DNA of 48,272 nt from an uncultured Gammaproteobacteria bacterium (GCA_964582615.1 CAZORP010000008.1:3165-51436); one strand, 5' to 3'. Counted from the stretch's first letter, positions 14,904 through 26,600 are shown. Numbers and translations are program-made. The notes: generated from the letters alone by a model not told the origin.

Positions 14904-15325
14904 AGGGATCGCAATATTTCAGCCACCAGAGCATCTTGAAGGGGAAACATTTGCTGAGCATCAGCAGGATCTTCATGATCATAACCAAGAACATGAAGAA
15001 TGCCGTGAACTAAAAGATCGAGAAGTTCAAGCTCGTCATCTCCTTCCGACTGACGAAGCGCCTGCGCCATACAGATAAGCACATCGCCAAGCTCCTCGCT
15101 ATAAGGGCTTTCAAGAGGAAATGAAAGAACGTCAGTTACCTTGTCCTTACCTCGATGCATGCGATTAAGTCTTCGTATCTCAGTTTCATCTACAATGTGA
15201 ATGTGAATAATTCCAGAAACCTTTGGCAGTTGACGAGAGAAAGCTTGCCTTACACGGCGAAGCATGCCATCGCTAAAGCGAAGGCTGTTCGGAAGAAGGC
15301 TCTGTTCGACATCAAAAGAAAGCAT
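14900..15325 (-). CDS. ybeY: rRNA maturation endoribonuclease YbeY
   Basis: 141 aa with the zinc motif HGILHVLGYDH. The ybeY-dgkA order is typical. Confidence 0.9.
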   Translation of the reverse strand: MLSFDVEQSLLPNSLRFSDGMLRRVRQAFSRQLPKVSGIIHIHIVDETEIRRLNRMHRGKDKVTDVLSFPLESPYSEELGDVLICMAQALRQSEGDDELELLDLLVHGILHVLGYDHEDPADAQQMFPLQDALVAEILRSL

Positions 15326-15327
15326 GT

Positions 15328-16242
15328 TTAGGGGGTTTGCACTGACTGATTCTCTTCAACGACAGGAAGCGTAATACTGTTAAGCATCATAGAAAATGTC
15401 TGGAGATATTCGATGCTCAGAGCAGAACCAAGCTCATATACTGCGTGAATGCCATACGCGCCACCATCGATATACGCTTCGCGTCCATTATTTGCAAGAA
15501 GTCCGAGATATCCCTGTTTTGTGAGAAGCTCATGAAAACCCGTAAATGACTTCCCCATCTGACGAACCCAGGGTTTTACCTGTAATAACGCATCCTTTTT
15601 CTCAAGAGAAAAAGAGATCTTTTCACCTTTCTCCAAGGCGAATGAAATAAGTGAACCGTCAGAGGAAACATTCCACGACGCGGGGTAAAGAATAGTTACC
15701 GGAAGTGCATCTGAAGAAAGTACCTTCACTGTTCCTGTATCACGAAGCGTCTCTGGGGAAAGGCCCGTTGGGCTATATCGGTGAAAAACCTCATTACCAT
15801 CAAGAAATGTGTCACCATCAGTATCGGGATTTCGAGACTCGGTTGCGTAAAGACGCTCCTCAATATCCGTAAGTCCATCACTATCTGCATCACTTCCCGG
15901 AAGAGGATCCTTGGGCTTCTCATCAACAACAGGAACAACAACCACCGGTGGAACCTCCTGAGTGCCCCCAAATATACGGTCTTGAAAGAAGAAGAGCACA
16001 CCACCAACACCACCGCAAAGCAGTACAAATCCCAGTAAAAACCAGGGAAGACGAGATGTTGTATGAACAACCTGCGGTTCGGACGGAACCATAAATGGAA
16101 CAATAACCGGCTGAACCTCCACGGGTGGCGCCTGAAAACTTGCAGACGCAAGAGGATCGAATGCCAAAACCGCTTCCCGTGTGCGAAATTCTTTGGGAAG
16201 ACTAAAAAGTCTTGGGGATTCTGGCAAAAGACCTTCTGGCAT
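15328..16242 (-). CDS. Bitopic membrane protein with two TSP3-like Ca-binding repeats and an unknown C-terminal domain
   Basis: 304 aa. It has one TM segment (LPWFLLGFVLLCGGVGGVLFFF), then DADSDGLTDIEE and DTDGDTFLDGNE, then a roughly 170-aa beta-rich domain. It starts 2 nt after the previous stop. Confidence 0.75.
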   Translation of the reverse strand: MPEGLLPESPRLFSLPKEFRTREAVLAFDPLASASFQAPPVEVQPVIVPFMVPSEPQVVHTTSRLPWFLLGFVLLCGGVGGVLFFFQDRIFGGTQEVPPVVVVPVVDEKPKDPLPGSDADSDGLTDIEERLYATESRNPDTDGDTFLDGNEVFHRYSPTGLSPETLRDTGTVKVLSSDALPVTILYPASWNVSSDGSLISFALEKGEKISFSLEKKDALLQVKPWVRQMGKSFTGFHELLTKQGYLGLLANNGREAYIDGGAYGIHAVYELGSALSIEYLQTFSMMLNSITLPVVEENQSVQTP

Positions 16243-16244
16243 AC

Positions 16245-16844
16245 TTAGCGAGGCAATTGCAAAAGCTTTCCATTTCCATTGGGATTGTACCCATTGCGAA
16301 CCTCTTCACCGTCTTTATAGGTATCACCATCGGTATCAGCTCTCAGCGGGTCTGTTTCGTAAACCTTCACCTCTTCCCTATCTCCCAAACCATCTCCATC
16401 GCTATCAGCTTTTGCGACAGATGTTCCAAGTGTACGTTCTTCTTCATTAGAAAGCCCATCACCATCACTGTCAACAACCGCAACAGTTCCGTCGGTAGCA
16501 TTTTTTTCAGTATCATTTACCGTGGATTTTTTTTCAGTAGTTTTCTGCGTATCTTGAGCTTCTGTATCTTGCTCTAGAATCACTTGTTCTTCGGATGGAG
16601 TTGCCGTCATTGCACGATATGCGGCATACCCTGCACCACCAAGGCAAACAAGGGCAATCGTCATCATTCCTATGACGGAAAAAATGTGTTTTTTTGCGGA
16701 AGGATCTGGAGATACCGTAAAGGTATCCTGAGCTACCGGCTGTTGCTCGGTGAATTGTGGAGACAATGTTGGCGATGGCATTGAAGGAGTTTTTTCAGGG
16801 ATGCTTGCAAACATGTCTTTTGGTTCGTTGTGATCGTCAAACAT
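16245..16844 (-). CDS. Bitopic membrane protein with three TSP3-like Ca-binding repeats
   Basis: 199 aa. It has one TM segment (IFSVIGMMTIALVCLGGAGYAAY), then DSDGDGLSNEEE, DSDGDGLGDREE and DTDGDTYKDGEE, and the tail GYNPNGNG. Confidence 0.75.
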   Translation of the reverse strand: MFDDHNEPKDMFASIPEKTPSMPSPTLSPQFTEQQPVAQDTFTVSPDPSAKKHIFSVIGMMTIALVCLGGAGYAAYRAMTATPSEEQVILEQDTEAQDTQKTTEKKSTVNDTEKNATDGTVAVVDSDGDGLSNEEERTLGTSVAKADSDGDGLGDREEVKVYETDPLRADTDGDTYKDGEEVRNGYNPNGNGKLLQLPR

Positions 16845-16847
16845 AAG

Positions 16848-17663
16848 CTATGGTTGTAAAGGATTTTGACCTGCCGCCACTTCATCTCCATCAAACACAC
16901 CATCTCCATCAGTGTCCTGCATTGTATCAGATGTTCCATAGCGAGCCTCTTGCTCAGCAGAAAGTCCATCAGTATCACTGTCGCGCGACGCAAAAAGATC
17001 CTGGCATGTAGCACGCTCCTCCGAAGGAAGTTCGGCACAAGCGCTTGGTGATCCTGATGCGAGAATTGACTCAATACGCATCTGTGTTGTACACGCCTCT
17101 TCAGGGACTCCATATGCAACACAATTACCCTCTCGAATAGCCCTCTGGGTAATAAGACCTTCACATGCATAGCGAACACTTTCACGAGAAGCTGAGGCGC
17201 AGAGCGTCATAAGATCTCCCGCATTGGCGCGAGCAAGAATAACCCCATCGCGACAAGAATTTTTATCCTCTTCACCCATCAAACTATCACACAATGTCGT
17301 CGATCGAGCGGATTTTGCGGCAAGCGAAATACAAGAACTGTATTCTCCACCCTCCAATCCTACACACACATCTCCAACACCTGTCTCACGCGCGACATCC
17401 GCGGTTGCAGAACGCAAGCAATTCACATCATCACTCGAACATGCAGACCGTCTTTCTTCAAGAGCCTGTATCGCCTTCTCCCGAGGGGTGAGCTCGCGCG
17501 AAGATTGCCAAGCGTTCCACCCCCAAACTCCAAGAAAAACAAGTCCGACACTCAACGAACCAAGAATAACAAGTGAACGCGTGGGAGGGAGACGCCCCCG
17601 CAAGCGTGATTGCGCAAGAGGAGCGTCTGGTGGTGTTACGCGAAAAAACTGAGGATTCTGCAT
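16848..17663 (-). CDS. Bitopic membrane protein, Cys-rich helical ectodomain + two TSP3-like repeats
   Basis: The ATG at 17663 (MQNPQFF) is preferred. The track's TTG at 17681 would overlap the upstream stop. It has one TM segment (LVILGSLSVGLVFLGVWGW), 14 Cys in the ectodomain, and the C-terminal repeats DSDTDGLSAEQE and DTDGDGVFDGDE. Confidence 0.7.
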   Translation of the reverse strand: MQNPQFFRVTPPDAPLAQSRLRGRLPPTRSLVILGSLSVGLVFLGVWGWNAWQSSRELTPREKAIQALEERRSACSSDDVNCLRSATADVARETGVGDVCVGLEGGEYSSCISLAAKSARSTTLCDSLMGEEDKNSCRDGVILARANAGDLMTLCASASRESVRYACEGLITQRAIREGNCVAYGVPEEACTTQMRIESILASGSPSACAELPSEERATCQDLFASRDSDTDGLSAEQEARYGTSDTMQDTDGDGVFDGDEVAAGQNPLQP

Positions 17664-17668
17664 AGAGA

Positions 17669-20600
17669 TTACGGAGCACAATATTCAAGACGAATATCTG
17701 ACACTTCAACCATTCCCTCACCGAGGAAGGTAACCTGAAGAGGAATTTCCTGCTCTGATGTCGGATCACAAGAGAAGTTTTCAGGCCATGGAAGAGCGAT
17801 GCCGCTACCCTCCGTAACAAGGCGAGTTGAAAGCTTCGCCACTCCATCACGAGAACTTAGCACGGAAACCGTAATACCAAGAAGCGAATCGACAATGCCC
17901 TTGTAAGCATCTTCAAGATCCTCGGCAGTAGATCCATCATACGCGTAGTCAATGCCATTATCAGCAATTTCCTGACCATTATTTGACGACCACTCATTCA
18001 TAGATGCGATAAGCGACGTGTCGGTGGTAAGTGCAACCGTGTAGAGCTCGTAGTCGTTAGCCTTAAGAAGATCCGCCTCGCTCTCGGGATTATCAGTCGG
18101 AGAACCGTCCGTTAAAAGCACAACAATCTTCCTTGCTTCACTGTCGCTTATTCCATCGAGCATGACCTTTGCCTCGTGAAGAGCGTCCCCTGTATACGTA
18201 GATCCTCCCGTGGTGTATTCAGCGATGCGATCATCAAGAACGCTCTCCTGATTAACCGTAAGAAAACTCAACCTGTCATCACACGTCGTTGAATTATTGT
18301 AGGTACAATCAGCATCTTGCGCACAACTGTATGCCATTGGACTACTACAGATGCCGGATCCTCCAGAATTTGAGTAGCCAACAAGTGAAATATGCGCACT
18401 TTCTCCAAGCTCATCAAAGAGAGATCGAATGGATTGCTCAAGAACATCCTTTGCAACCGTCAATCTATCATCGCTTCCGTCAAGTGGCGTTGCCATGGAA
18501 GAAGATCGATCAGTTACAAAGACGATATATGCCTCAGGTGGAGTAACGTTCTTCAAACTAACTGTTCCCGTGAGCGATGAAGCGACGGTACATGCTGGCA
18601 TGGTAAGCGTCGCGGCATTAGGAAGCGTTGCACTTGAAGAACTATCGTAGCTATAGAGGTTTACCGTTGATGACGCCGAGGATCCTGCAAGGTTTGGTGT
18701 CGCGAGAACCGCAAGAGATGATTGCGATAGCGGACAAGAGGCCGTACAGGTATCTGAACATGTTGGGAAGACACACGATCCAAAGGCACCACATGAAGCC
18801 GTATCTTCTTCAAAAACTCCAAGAGAAGTTGTACAGTACTCACCATTTTGAGCACCACCATCACACATACCTACGCGACGACAGGTATACACCGTGTTAT
18901 TGGATCCTGTGACTGTTTTTCCAGCACGTGCATCCTCAACAGAACATGCACCAAAGATGGTATCCGTAGTACTGTCAAAGTAAGCGTAAGGAATGTCAGA
19001 TCCATCGCAGAACTCTCTTCCATTTACAACTCCATCACCACAATACGATCCGGAAGAGATTACAAGACGACATGACGTTGTACACGCAGAACAAGAAGAT
19101 CCATATCCCGCATCACAACCTGCTCCGTTTGAAGAACCCTCATCACACTCCTCCTCACCAACGTAGATAGCGCCATCTCCACAAACATTGTACTGACAAC
19201 TATCCGTGCAACCATCTGCAGGATCCGTATTTCCATCATCACAAGCTTCATCAGCATCAATAACGCCATCGCCGCAACTTCCCGACTCCGTGCATCGAAT
19301 TGATGACCATGCCGCCGTGTACGCACAGGTACCTCCCGCGTCATCATCACAGGTGCGTACTCGAGTAAAGCCTGACTGACATGCAGAGTATTGAGCAGAT
19401 CCTCCACAGGTTCCTCCGGAGCACTCATCCGAAGAAGAGCATGGCTTTCCCGCAAAAGGACCCGTTGAACAAAGAGCTCCAGCCCACTTGGCATCTTCAC
19501 CATCACAAACTTCACCTTCGTTAATATCACCGTCACCACAGAACGCCGCAGGCCCCTGACAGTCCCACGAACATCCCGAAGATTCAGACTTACTATACTC
19601 ACCGTTAAATGCAACACAAGAAGCACTTTGAGCCGATTCATACGCGCGTCCCGTTGAAGGAAGTGACGAGAAGAGACCTGCATCACCACAATCGCACGAC
19701 TCTCCCGCGGAGGTTACACCATCTCCACAGAATGTTGCAGTTGCGTATGAACAGTCACTTCCACAATATCCATACATACCATTAAGCGCACCGTCATCAC
19801 AAGTTTCACTGCGCACATCAACAATTCCATCTCCACACGTTGAAGATTCACATACCGCATGAGCATCATCAATAAATGCCGTACATGTTCCGTTGCACAT
19901 TTGCGAAGTATATCCATCATTGGTTCCATCGCCATTTCTATCACACGCAACGGAAGATCCTCCACGCTCTCCAAGTTCACACACTTCAGATCCTCCAACA
20001 ATGCCATCACCACAAACCGACGAGGCGCCGCGGATGATGCCGCTACAAAATGGCACCATTGAGAATCCCTGCTTTTCAGAAGAAATATTGCCGGCACGAA
20101 GCGTCACTGTATCCTGAGAAGATTCAAGCGGATAGAACCATGAAGCCTCCCTAAATTCAAGATCGGCAAAAATTTTAGCCTCATGTTGACCAACTGCCTG
20201 GTAGTGGTACGCGGCAGAGAAAAGTGGGCAAACATACGATCCCGAAACTTCATCAACACACGTGTTGGCATTGTATGAAGTGAACGGCGAAGCGCCACAT
20301 CCACGATACACATTCAGCGGATCCTCGGGGAGCGTCATGTCAAGCGCGCCTCCAAGAATCTCTTGCCAAGATCCCCAAACGCTCGATGCCAAGCCTCGAA
20401 CCGAAGTTCCCGAAGGAAGAAGAGGAACACCAGCGCGGCACGTTTCACTTTCCGGACAGTCGCTCGAAGATGCACAAACCTGTTCTGTTGTTTGAGAGCA
20501 GAATCCATTCTCTCGTCCATATGCGGCAATGATATCACCAATATCGGTAATATCCGTAAGACGTCGCATGTCTCGAGAAAGCTTTGCCTTATTGTCGCCA

Positions 20601-23600
20601 CAAATACCCGCAGTACCACAATCACCGTCGTACGAGCACTTTGTTGTAGTAAAGCCTCCAAGACTATCTGTACACAATCCAACCGATGAGAGGTTTGTAA
20701 GGAGTTGAATATTTTCAAGAATTTGCGTGTAGATCTCGGAAGCTTCAGGACCCGCCTCATCGTTATAGGAAAGAATATAGATATTCGAGAATGTGGTATT
20801 TCCCCCTGAAAGATTTGGAGCGGCGATGTACGTCGTTCGACCATCTTGAATAGCAGAAAGACCATCGATAGTGAGTTCCTTTGGAGATCCCGCGAATCCT
20901 TGTCGCTTATACCACGCAAGAGGACTATCGTATGTTGGATTTTTTGCGATACGCAGACCAAAGGCATCGTGAGTTCCCTCAATGGTAAAGAGATATTCTT
21001 TTACAATAGAGTCGTCTTGAGGATTTTCAATGCCGACAACGTGAAGACCGGGAAGATCGTCTGACGATCCGGAAGATCCCGCATCCTTACAATAACCAAA
21101 GGAAACATTCATCCAACCAGCGCCAGCAACCGCACCCTCACCAACATGATCACGATCATCATTCCATGGATAGGAGGATATGCCGGGCCAAGGATTTTCA
21201 CAAAGTAGTGCCGTGAATGGAAGATATCCCGATACTCTTCCCTCAACAAGAACTCCGCTTGTCATGTCGGAAATTTCAGCAGTGGCGGCAATATTAGCAT
21301 CTCCATTTTTTCCTCCCGAAACAACAACCGCCGACTCTCCCACTGTCTTATCTTCAACCAGTTTCACAACACTGTCATCATCAGAAACCCATGTCCAATC
21401 CCACGAGTAAACTCCGTTTATGGGGTGAATTTCTTGAGTTCCTCCCTGCTGATTGTATGAAAGTGCTGTAGCGGTAAGCTCATGCGACTCATCTAGCGAT
21501 GAAAAATATCCAGGAGCATCACTTCCATCGGTCACTTGCACAAGATCAACCTTGCAGATATCACTACCAACTCTAAAGGTTTCGCGAGCATTACCCATTG
21601 GAGCAACGCCGTAAACTGATTTTACGAATGGACGATCACCATCTTCACCACCTTCACTGAAAGGATCTTCATCGCCAATGACCACCAAAGTGTACGATCC
21701 GTTCTCCACAAGAAGTTCCTCGGTATCCAGAGTTACACGATACGTTCCATCTCCCTGAGAAGTTTGGGTGAATCCCGTAACCGGGAGATAGCATCCCGCG
21801 TACGAAGATGCGGCAAAAGCATCTCTTCCAAGAATAAGCCCTCGCAAAACACGCACCATGCGCTCGGCAAATGACTGATTCGCGAAAGCAACTTTGCGAT
21901 GACTTACTGGACAAACGCCGCCAGAAGAAGCGGTATCAAGCTCCACATGGAAACTCGAAACAATTTCTCCAGAGTCAAGTGTTGTGACAAAAGAATTTTC
22001 ATCCATTTCTTGGCTAAACGTTGCGTACAGCGAAGCATTTCTACATACCGCATTTCCAAGTGAGGCAAATGTTACCTCTGGACGATCCATACAACAATTT
22101 CCCGTACCAACACCCTGAACAAAAGGATCTCGACACTGAATATCTCGGGTCGCAGAACAGAAAAGCGTCCAGTCAACACTTGCACCAAGACTTGCATCAT
22201 CTTCAACAACAGAAACGTGCGCTACGGCCTTTCCTGTTTCCGGATCTACTTCAAAAGGAGCCGTTGGAGCAATTTCAGCAACCTGTACCGGATCAATACG
22301 ACCGTCACCTCCCGCACCTCGTTCGCATGCCGCAACTTCACCAGTTCCAATCCTTCCATCACCACAGAAGGAAGGCTCTGCATATAAGCCCGATGAACCT
22401 TCAAGAAGACATCGCGAGGAACAACCGTCACCATTTTCCGTATTACTGTCATCGCAGGACTCCCCCATTCCAAGAGCACCATCTCCACACACTGAAGGAA
22501 CTTGATAACCTCGAGAGGAGCCCTCGAGAAGACATGTCGAGGAACAGCCATCTCCGGAGATAACATTGCGATCATCGCAACCTTCGTATGGAGCTTCGAG
22601 CGATCCGTTTCCGCACAAAGCACTGCCAATGGCAATGAACGTTGGAGTTCCTTCATTGATACATTGCGACGAACACCCGTCACCATTTCGAGCATTGCCA
22701 TCATCACACTCTTCACCTGCAAATGATGTAGGGTCAAGTGCAACGTCTTTATTGCCACATGTTGCACCAACCGAAGAGGACCCCTCAGCAAGACAGATTG
22801 CGGAACATCCATCACCATCCTGAAGATTGCCGTCATCACAATCTTCTCCAGATCCGTCACCACGACGCTCAACCTGTCCGTTTCCACAAGCTCCAAAACT
22901 ATTTCCACCCTCACGAAGACATGCCGAAGAACAACCATCTCCATTGGAAATATTGCCATCCTCACACTCTTCACCGGCAATAGTTTCAAGCACTCCATCG
23001 CCACAAATGGCGCTATATGTTTCACTTCCCGATGACGTACAAAGTGACGTGCATCCTTGAGCGACACTTGCCGGATCGGTATCTACCTCGCCTTCCGCAA
23101 ACCATGTTGCAACAACCGTATCTTCGTTATCGTCATAATTTTCATCCTCAATAGGATTTGTCCACGACCATGGATACGCATATGCATCAAGCATCTGTCC
23201 AGAAACCGAACATGAATCAGCATCTCCAAAGGCAGAAGCTGTAAGAAGCTTCTGATCGCCAACTTCTGAAGACGTTGGCGCCGATGGAGATATACTGACA
23301 CGACTCACCGCACATAGTGTCGCGTCTTCACGAACTCTAAATGTCCAAGCAAAATCACCACCATCATTCGTACGAATAAGTGGAACTCCACTTTCACTGC
23401 GAACGCGTCCAGAAATTACCGCGCGATAAAACTTCTGCGCTTCAAGAGGGCGCTCGAGATCAAACACAACTCCAGAACATGCATTGCTGTCATCATACGT
23501 ACAACGTGGAGTAACTCCTGCAACCTCTTGCTTTGATGTACAAAGTTCATTCGTACAAGCATAAAGCGTTGTTCCAAGAGAAAGTGTTGCGGGCTGTACC

Positions 23601-26600
23601 GGGATATTAAATTCGGCACCTACCACAGCGTTTGTACAAGCCTCCGTACAGTTTGGGTAGTATCGCGTAACGTAAGGATCGGTGAAATTAATGTGAAGCA
23701 CCGCATCCTCGGCGACAAGACTGTCTTTTTCATAAACAACAACCTGAGCATCGCCCTCAGCGAGAGCTTCAATCGTTGCACATGCACTCTCACCACCACT
23801 ACAGAAAGGATCCTCTTCATTAAAGCGAGCATAGGAAGCGCTCACGTTCCAATCCCACGAGAAGTCCTTACTTGAAAGAACTGTACAATCGGTAACCGGA
23901 AGCGCAATAAACTGCTGAAGGTCACCTCGAGCAGTAAGTGTTGCCTCTTCGGGAGAAACGATAACATTTTCAACTCCACACTGTTCACCGTTTGGCGACG
24001 TTGTGAATGTCCAGGAGACTTCTTTTTCAAGAGGAGTTCCCTGCGCAGACATAGCCGCGGTCGTTACACGAACCTTATACGTAGCATCGCGATCGAACGA
24101 GGTTCCTGGAGTAAATGCAACGGCATTTTCTTTTGTTGCGTAAACACCGTCAACAACCTCGCCCTTTTCATTTTCAACAATCAAGGCGTCGTCAAGCGTC
24201 CCCTGATTCATGACCGAAGTGAATTCAACATAGACAATTGCATTTGTACATACCGCATCGGTGAAGCGACTATTTGGAACGGCACTAATAGTTGCATCGG
24301 TACATGCTGTAATAACCTCAGGAACTTCTGGCATGGTTCCCGAAGAAAAAGACCAGGCATACGAAACCTCTGCTGGAGAACCTCCCGAACTTTGGCTATT
24401 GGAAGTTACAAAGAATGTTTTTGTATTACTTTCCTGCTCGTTTTGAGCATTTACCGCGTAGACGTCCCCAGTTTGAACACCCTCGGGAACAACAACCTGA
24501 ACCTCATCAGAAGACCAAGTAGTGACGTTTCCGGAGCCTCCCGTGAATATAACTTTTCCTTGGGAGGATCCGAGATTTTCACCCCAAATAGTCACCGTTG
24601 AACCAGCATCACCTTCCGATGGGCTAAGTGCGCAAATTCCAGGAGCCGCAACATCGTCAGTCATGACAAATTGTACAGGAGAAGATTCCCCTGAAGCAGT
24701 CTCAACGGTAAGTGCATAAACCCCAAGATCTCCCTTTGGAACCATAACAACAATTTCTTCATCGGACCACACACTCGCACTACAAGCCTCGGGAAAATCC
24801 ATATTTCCCTGTAAACGCTCTCCTGTTTGTTCGTGCTCGAACCATACATTTCCCAAGCGCGATCCAAATCCAGTTCCTGTAAGCGTAAGGTACTGCCCCT
24901 CCCCTCCTTGGCTTGGCGTAAGCTGGGCAATGACCGGATCGGTACTCTCACTTGCGCTATCACGAACGGTAAAAATAACCTCATTACTCTCTTCTCCATC
25001 AACTCTGGCAAATACCGAGTATTTTCCTGGGGATACCGAAGGAACCGTTGCAGAAATAGCCGCATCAGTCCACGCGGTATAACTTCCCGCCTCTTTTACA
25101 TTATCGCCGAATACTACAACACTTGAATCGCGCGATGCTCCAAAGCCGTATCCATCAAGATCAAACACCGAAGCAATAGATCCCTTTGATGGAGAAATTG
25201 CGCAAATTCCAGGATGTCGCGTATCGTTAACATCGAAATCAGGAATAAGCTCTCCACGGGCATCATCCGTTGCGTCATCCTCTTGCGAAAATGCTACAAC
25301 TCGCAAAGCTCCATCTCCTGCACCCTCGGGAACAACAACGACAAGCTGGGTATCCGTCCAACCACTAGAACAACTTGCAAGGGAAGCTTTTACCTCCCCA
25401 CCTCTTCCGTTTGAAAAATAGACAGCACCCTCTTTTGTTCCAAATGAAGAACCCGAAATGGTGACATATGTTCCTACCGCTCCATTGTCTGGAGTGACAT
25501 TAGTGATTTCAGGAAGCTCTGTACAGACACCTCCTTCGCAAAAAGCTCCAGAGCCACAATCATAATTCTTCTCACACGAAGAACCCGCCGAAGAGGAGGA
25601 CCCACTTCCGGAACCAGAAGATCCGGAGGAACTAGAAGAACCGCTCGATGAAGAGCCTGTACCCGAAGGACATGCCCCGCAGTACGTTGGAAGGGTTTTA
25701 TCACCTCCGCAATCTACCCCCGTTTCTCCAAGATCGCTATCTTGAATGTCATTAAAACACGTTGCAGATCGGGCGAGAACTTCAACTGACGCCTTACCTG
25801 TATTTCCCGCAACATCTTCAATGACCGCGATAATTTCATGTGAAGTTCCGGGAGCTACGCCATAGGTATTCCATTCGCCTTCAAGAAGCGCGTCGAGTGC
25901 ATATGCATACGGCACAACCGCACTATCAACAAGAACTCCATCAACCGAAAAGTCAGCAAAAGCAACACCCGCGTCATCAAACGCCTGAACCTCAAGAGGC
26001 TCAAGACCGTCAACAGAAACAACCGTATCGGCGTCTGGAGCGGAAAATTCACCCTTTGGATCTTGCGTATCAATAAGAGATCCTGCAGTAAAAGTTTGCG
26101 TACACGATGTCTCGGATGTACATGTTAGGGATTTTCCAGCCGTGTTTTCCAGCGAAGAAGAGACCTTGACGACATACGCCGTGTCGGCGGAAAAGCAATA
26201 TCGATCCTCATTCGGAGCCTCGCAGGGCTGTGAAGGCGTAAATACAACTCGCTTTCCCGATGTCGCGAATGTTCCTTCTACATTTTTTCCACTTTCTTTT
26301 TCGGTGATTTCAATAGCATCAGCTACGGTTTCTTCGTTTACTGCATGAGTAAAACCAAGAGAAACGCGGAGATTTCTTGCTGTCTGAGCCCCGGAAGGAG
26401 AAATTGCCTTCACTTCAAACGCGGAAAGCGAGACCCCTCCGCCAAAAGACCCTCCGCCACCGGAAGAGCCTCCATTTCCCGAAGAATTTCCAATGGAACC
26501 CCCTGTTGCGCCAAGGATACTCGACATGATAAATGAAGTAATCGTCCAAGAAAGAAGGATGATGAGCATGCCGATAAAACCATTGATCATGGTTTTTTTG

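Noticed and set aside
19060-23067. Alternative-frame minus-strand ORFs of 200-270 aa inside the 3,068-aa gene (19060-19689, 20335-20982, 22246-23067) and plus-strand ORFs such as 22021-22563.
   Set aside because: They lie entirely inside a far longer ORF with recognisable domains. Their translations are low-complexity (M/L/R/H-rich) and carry no motifs.
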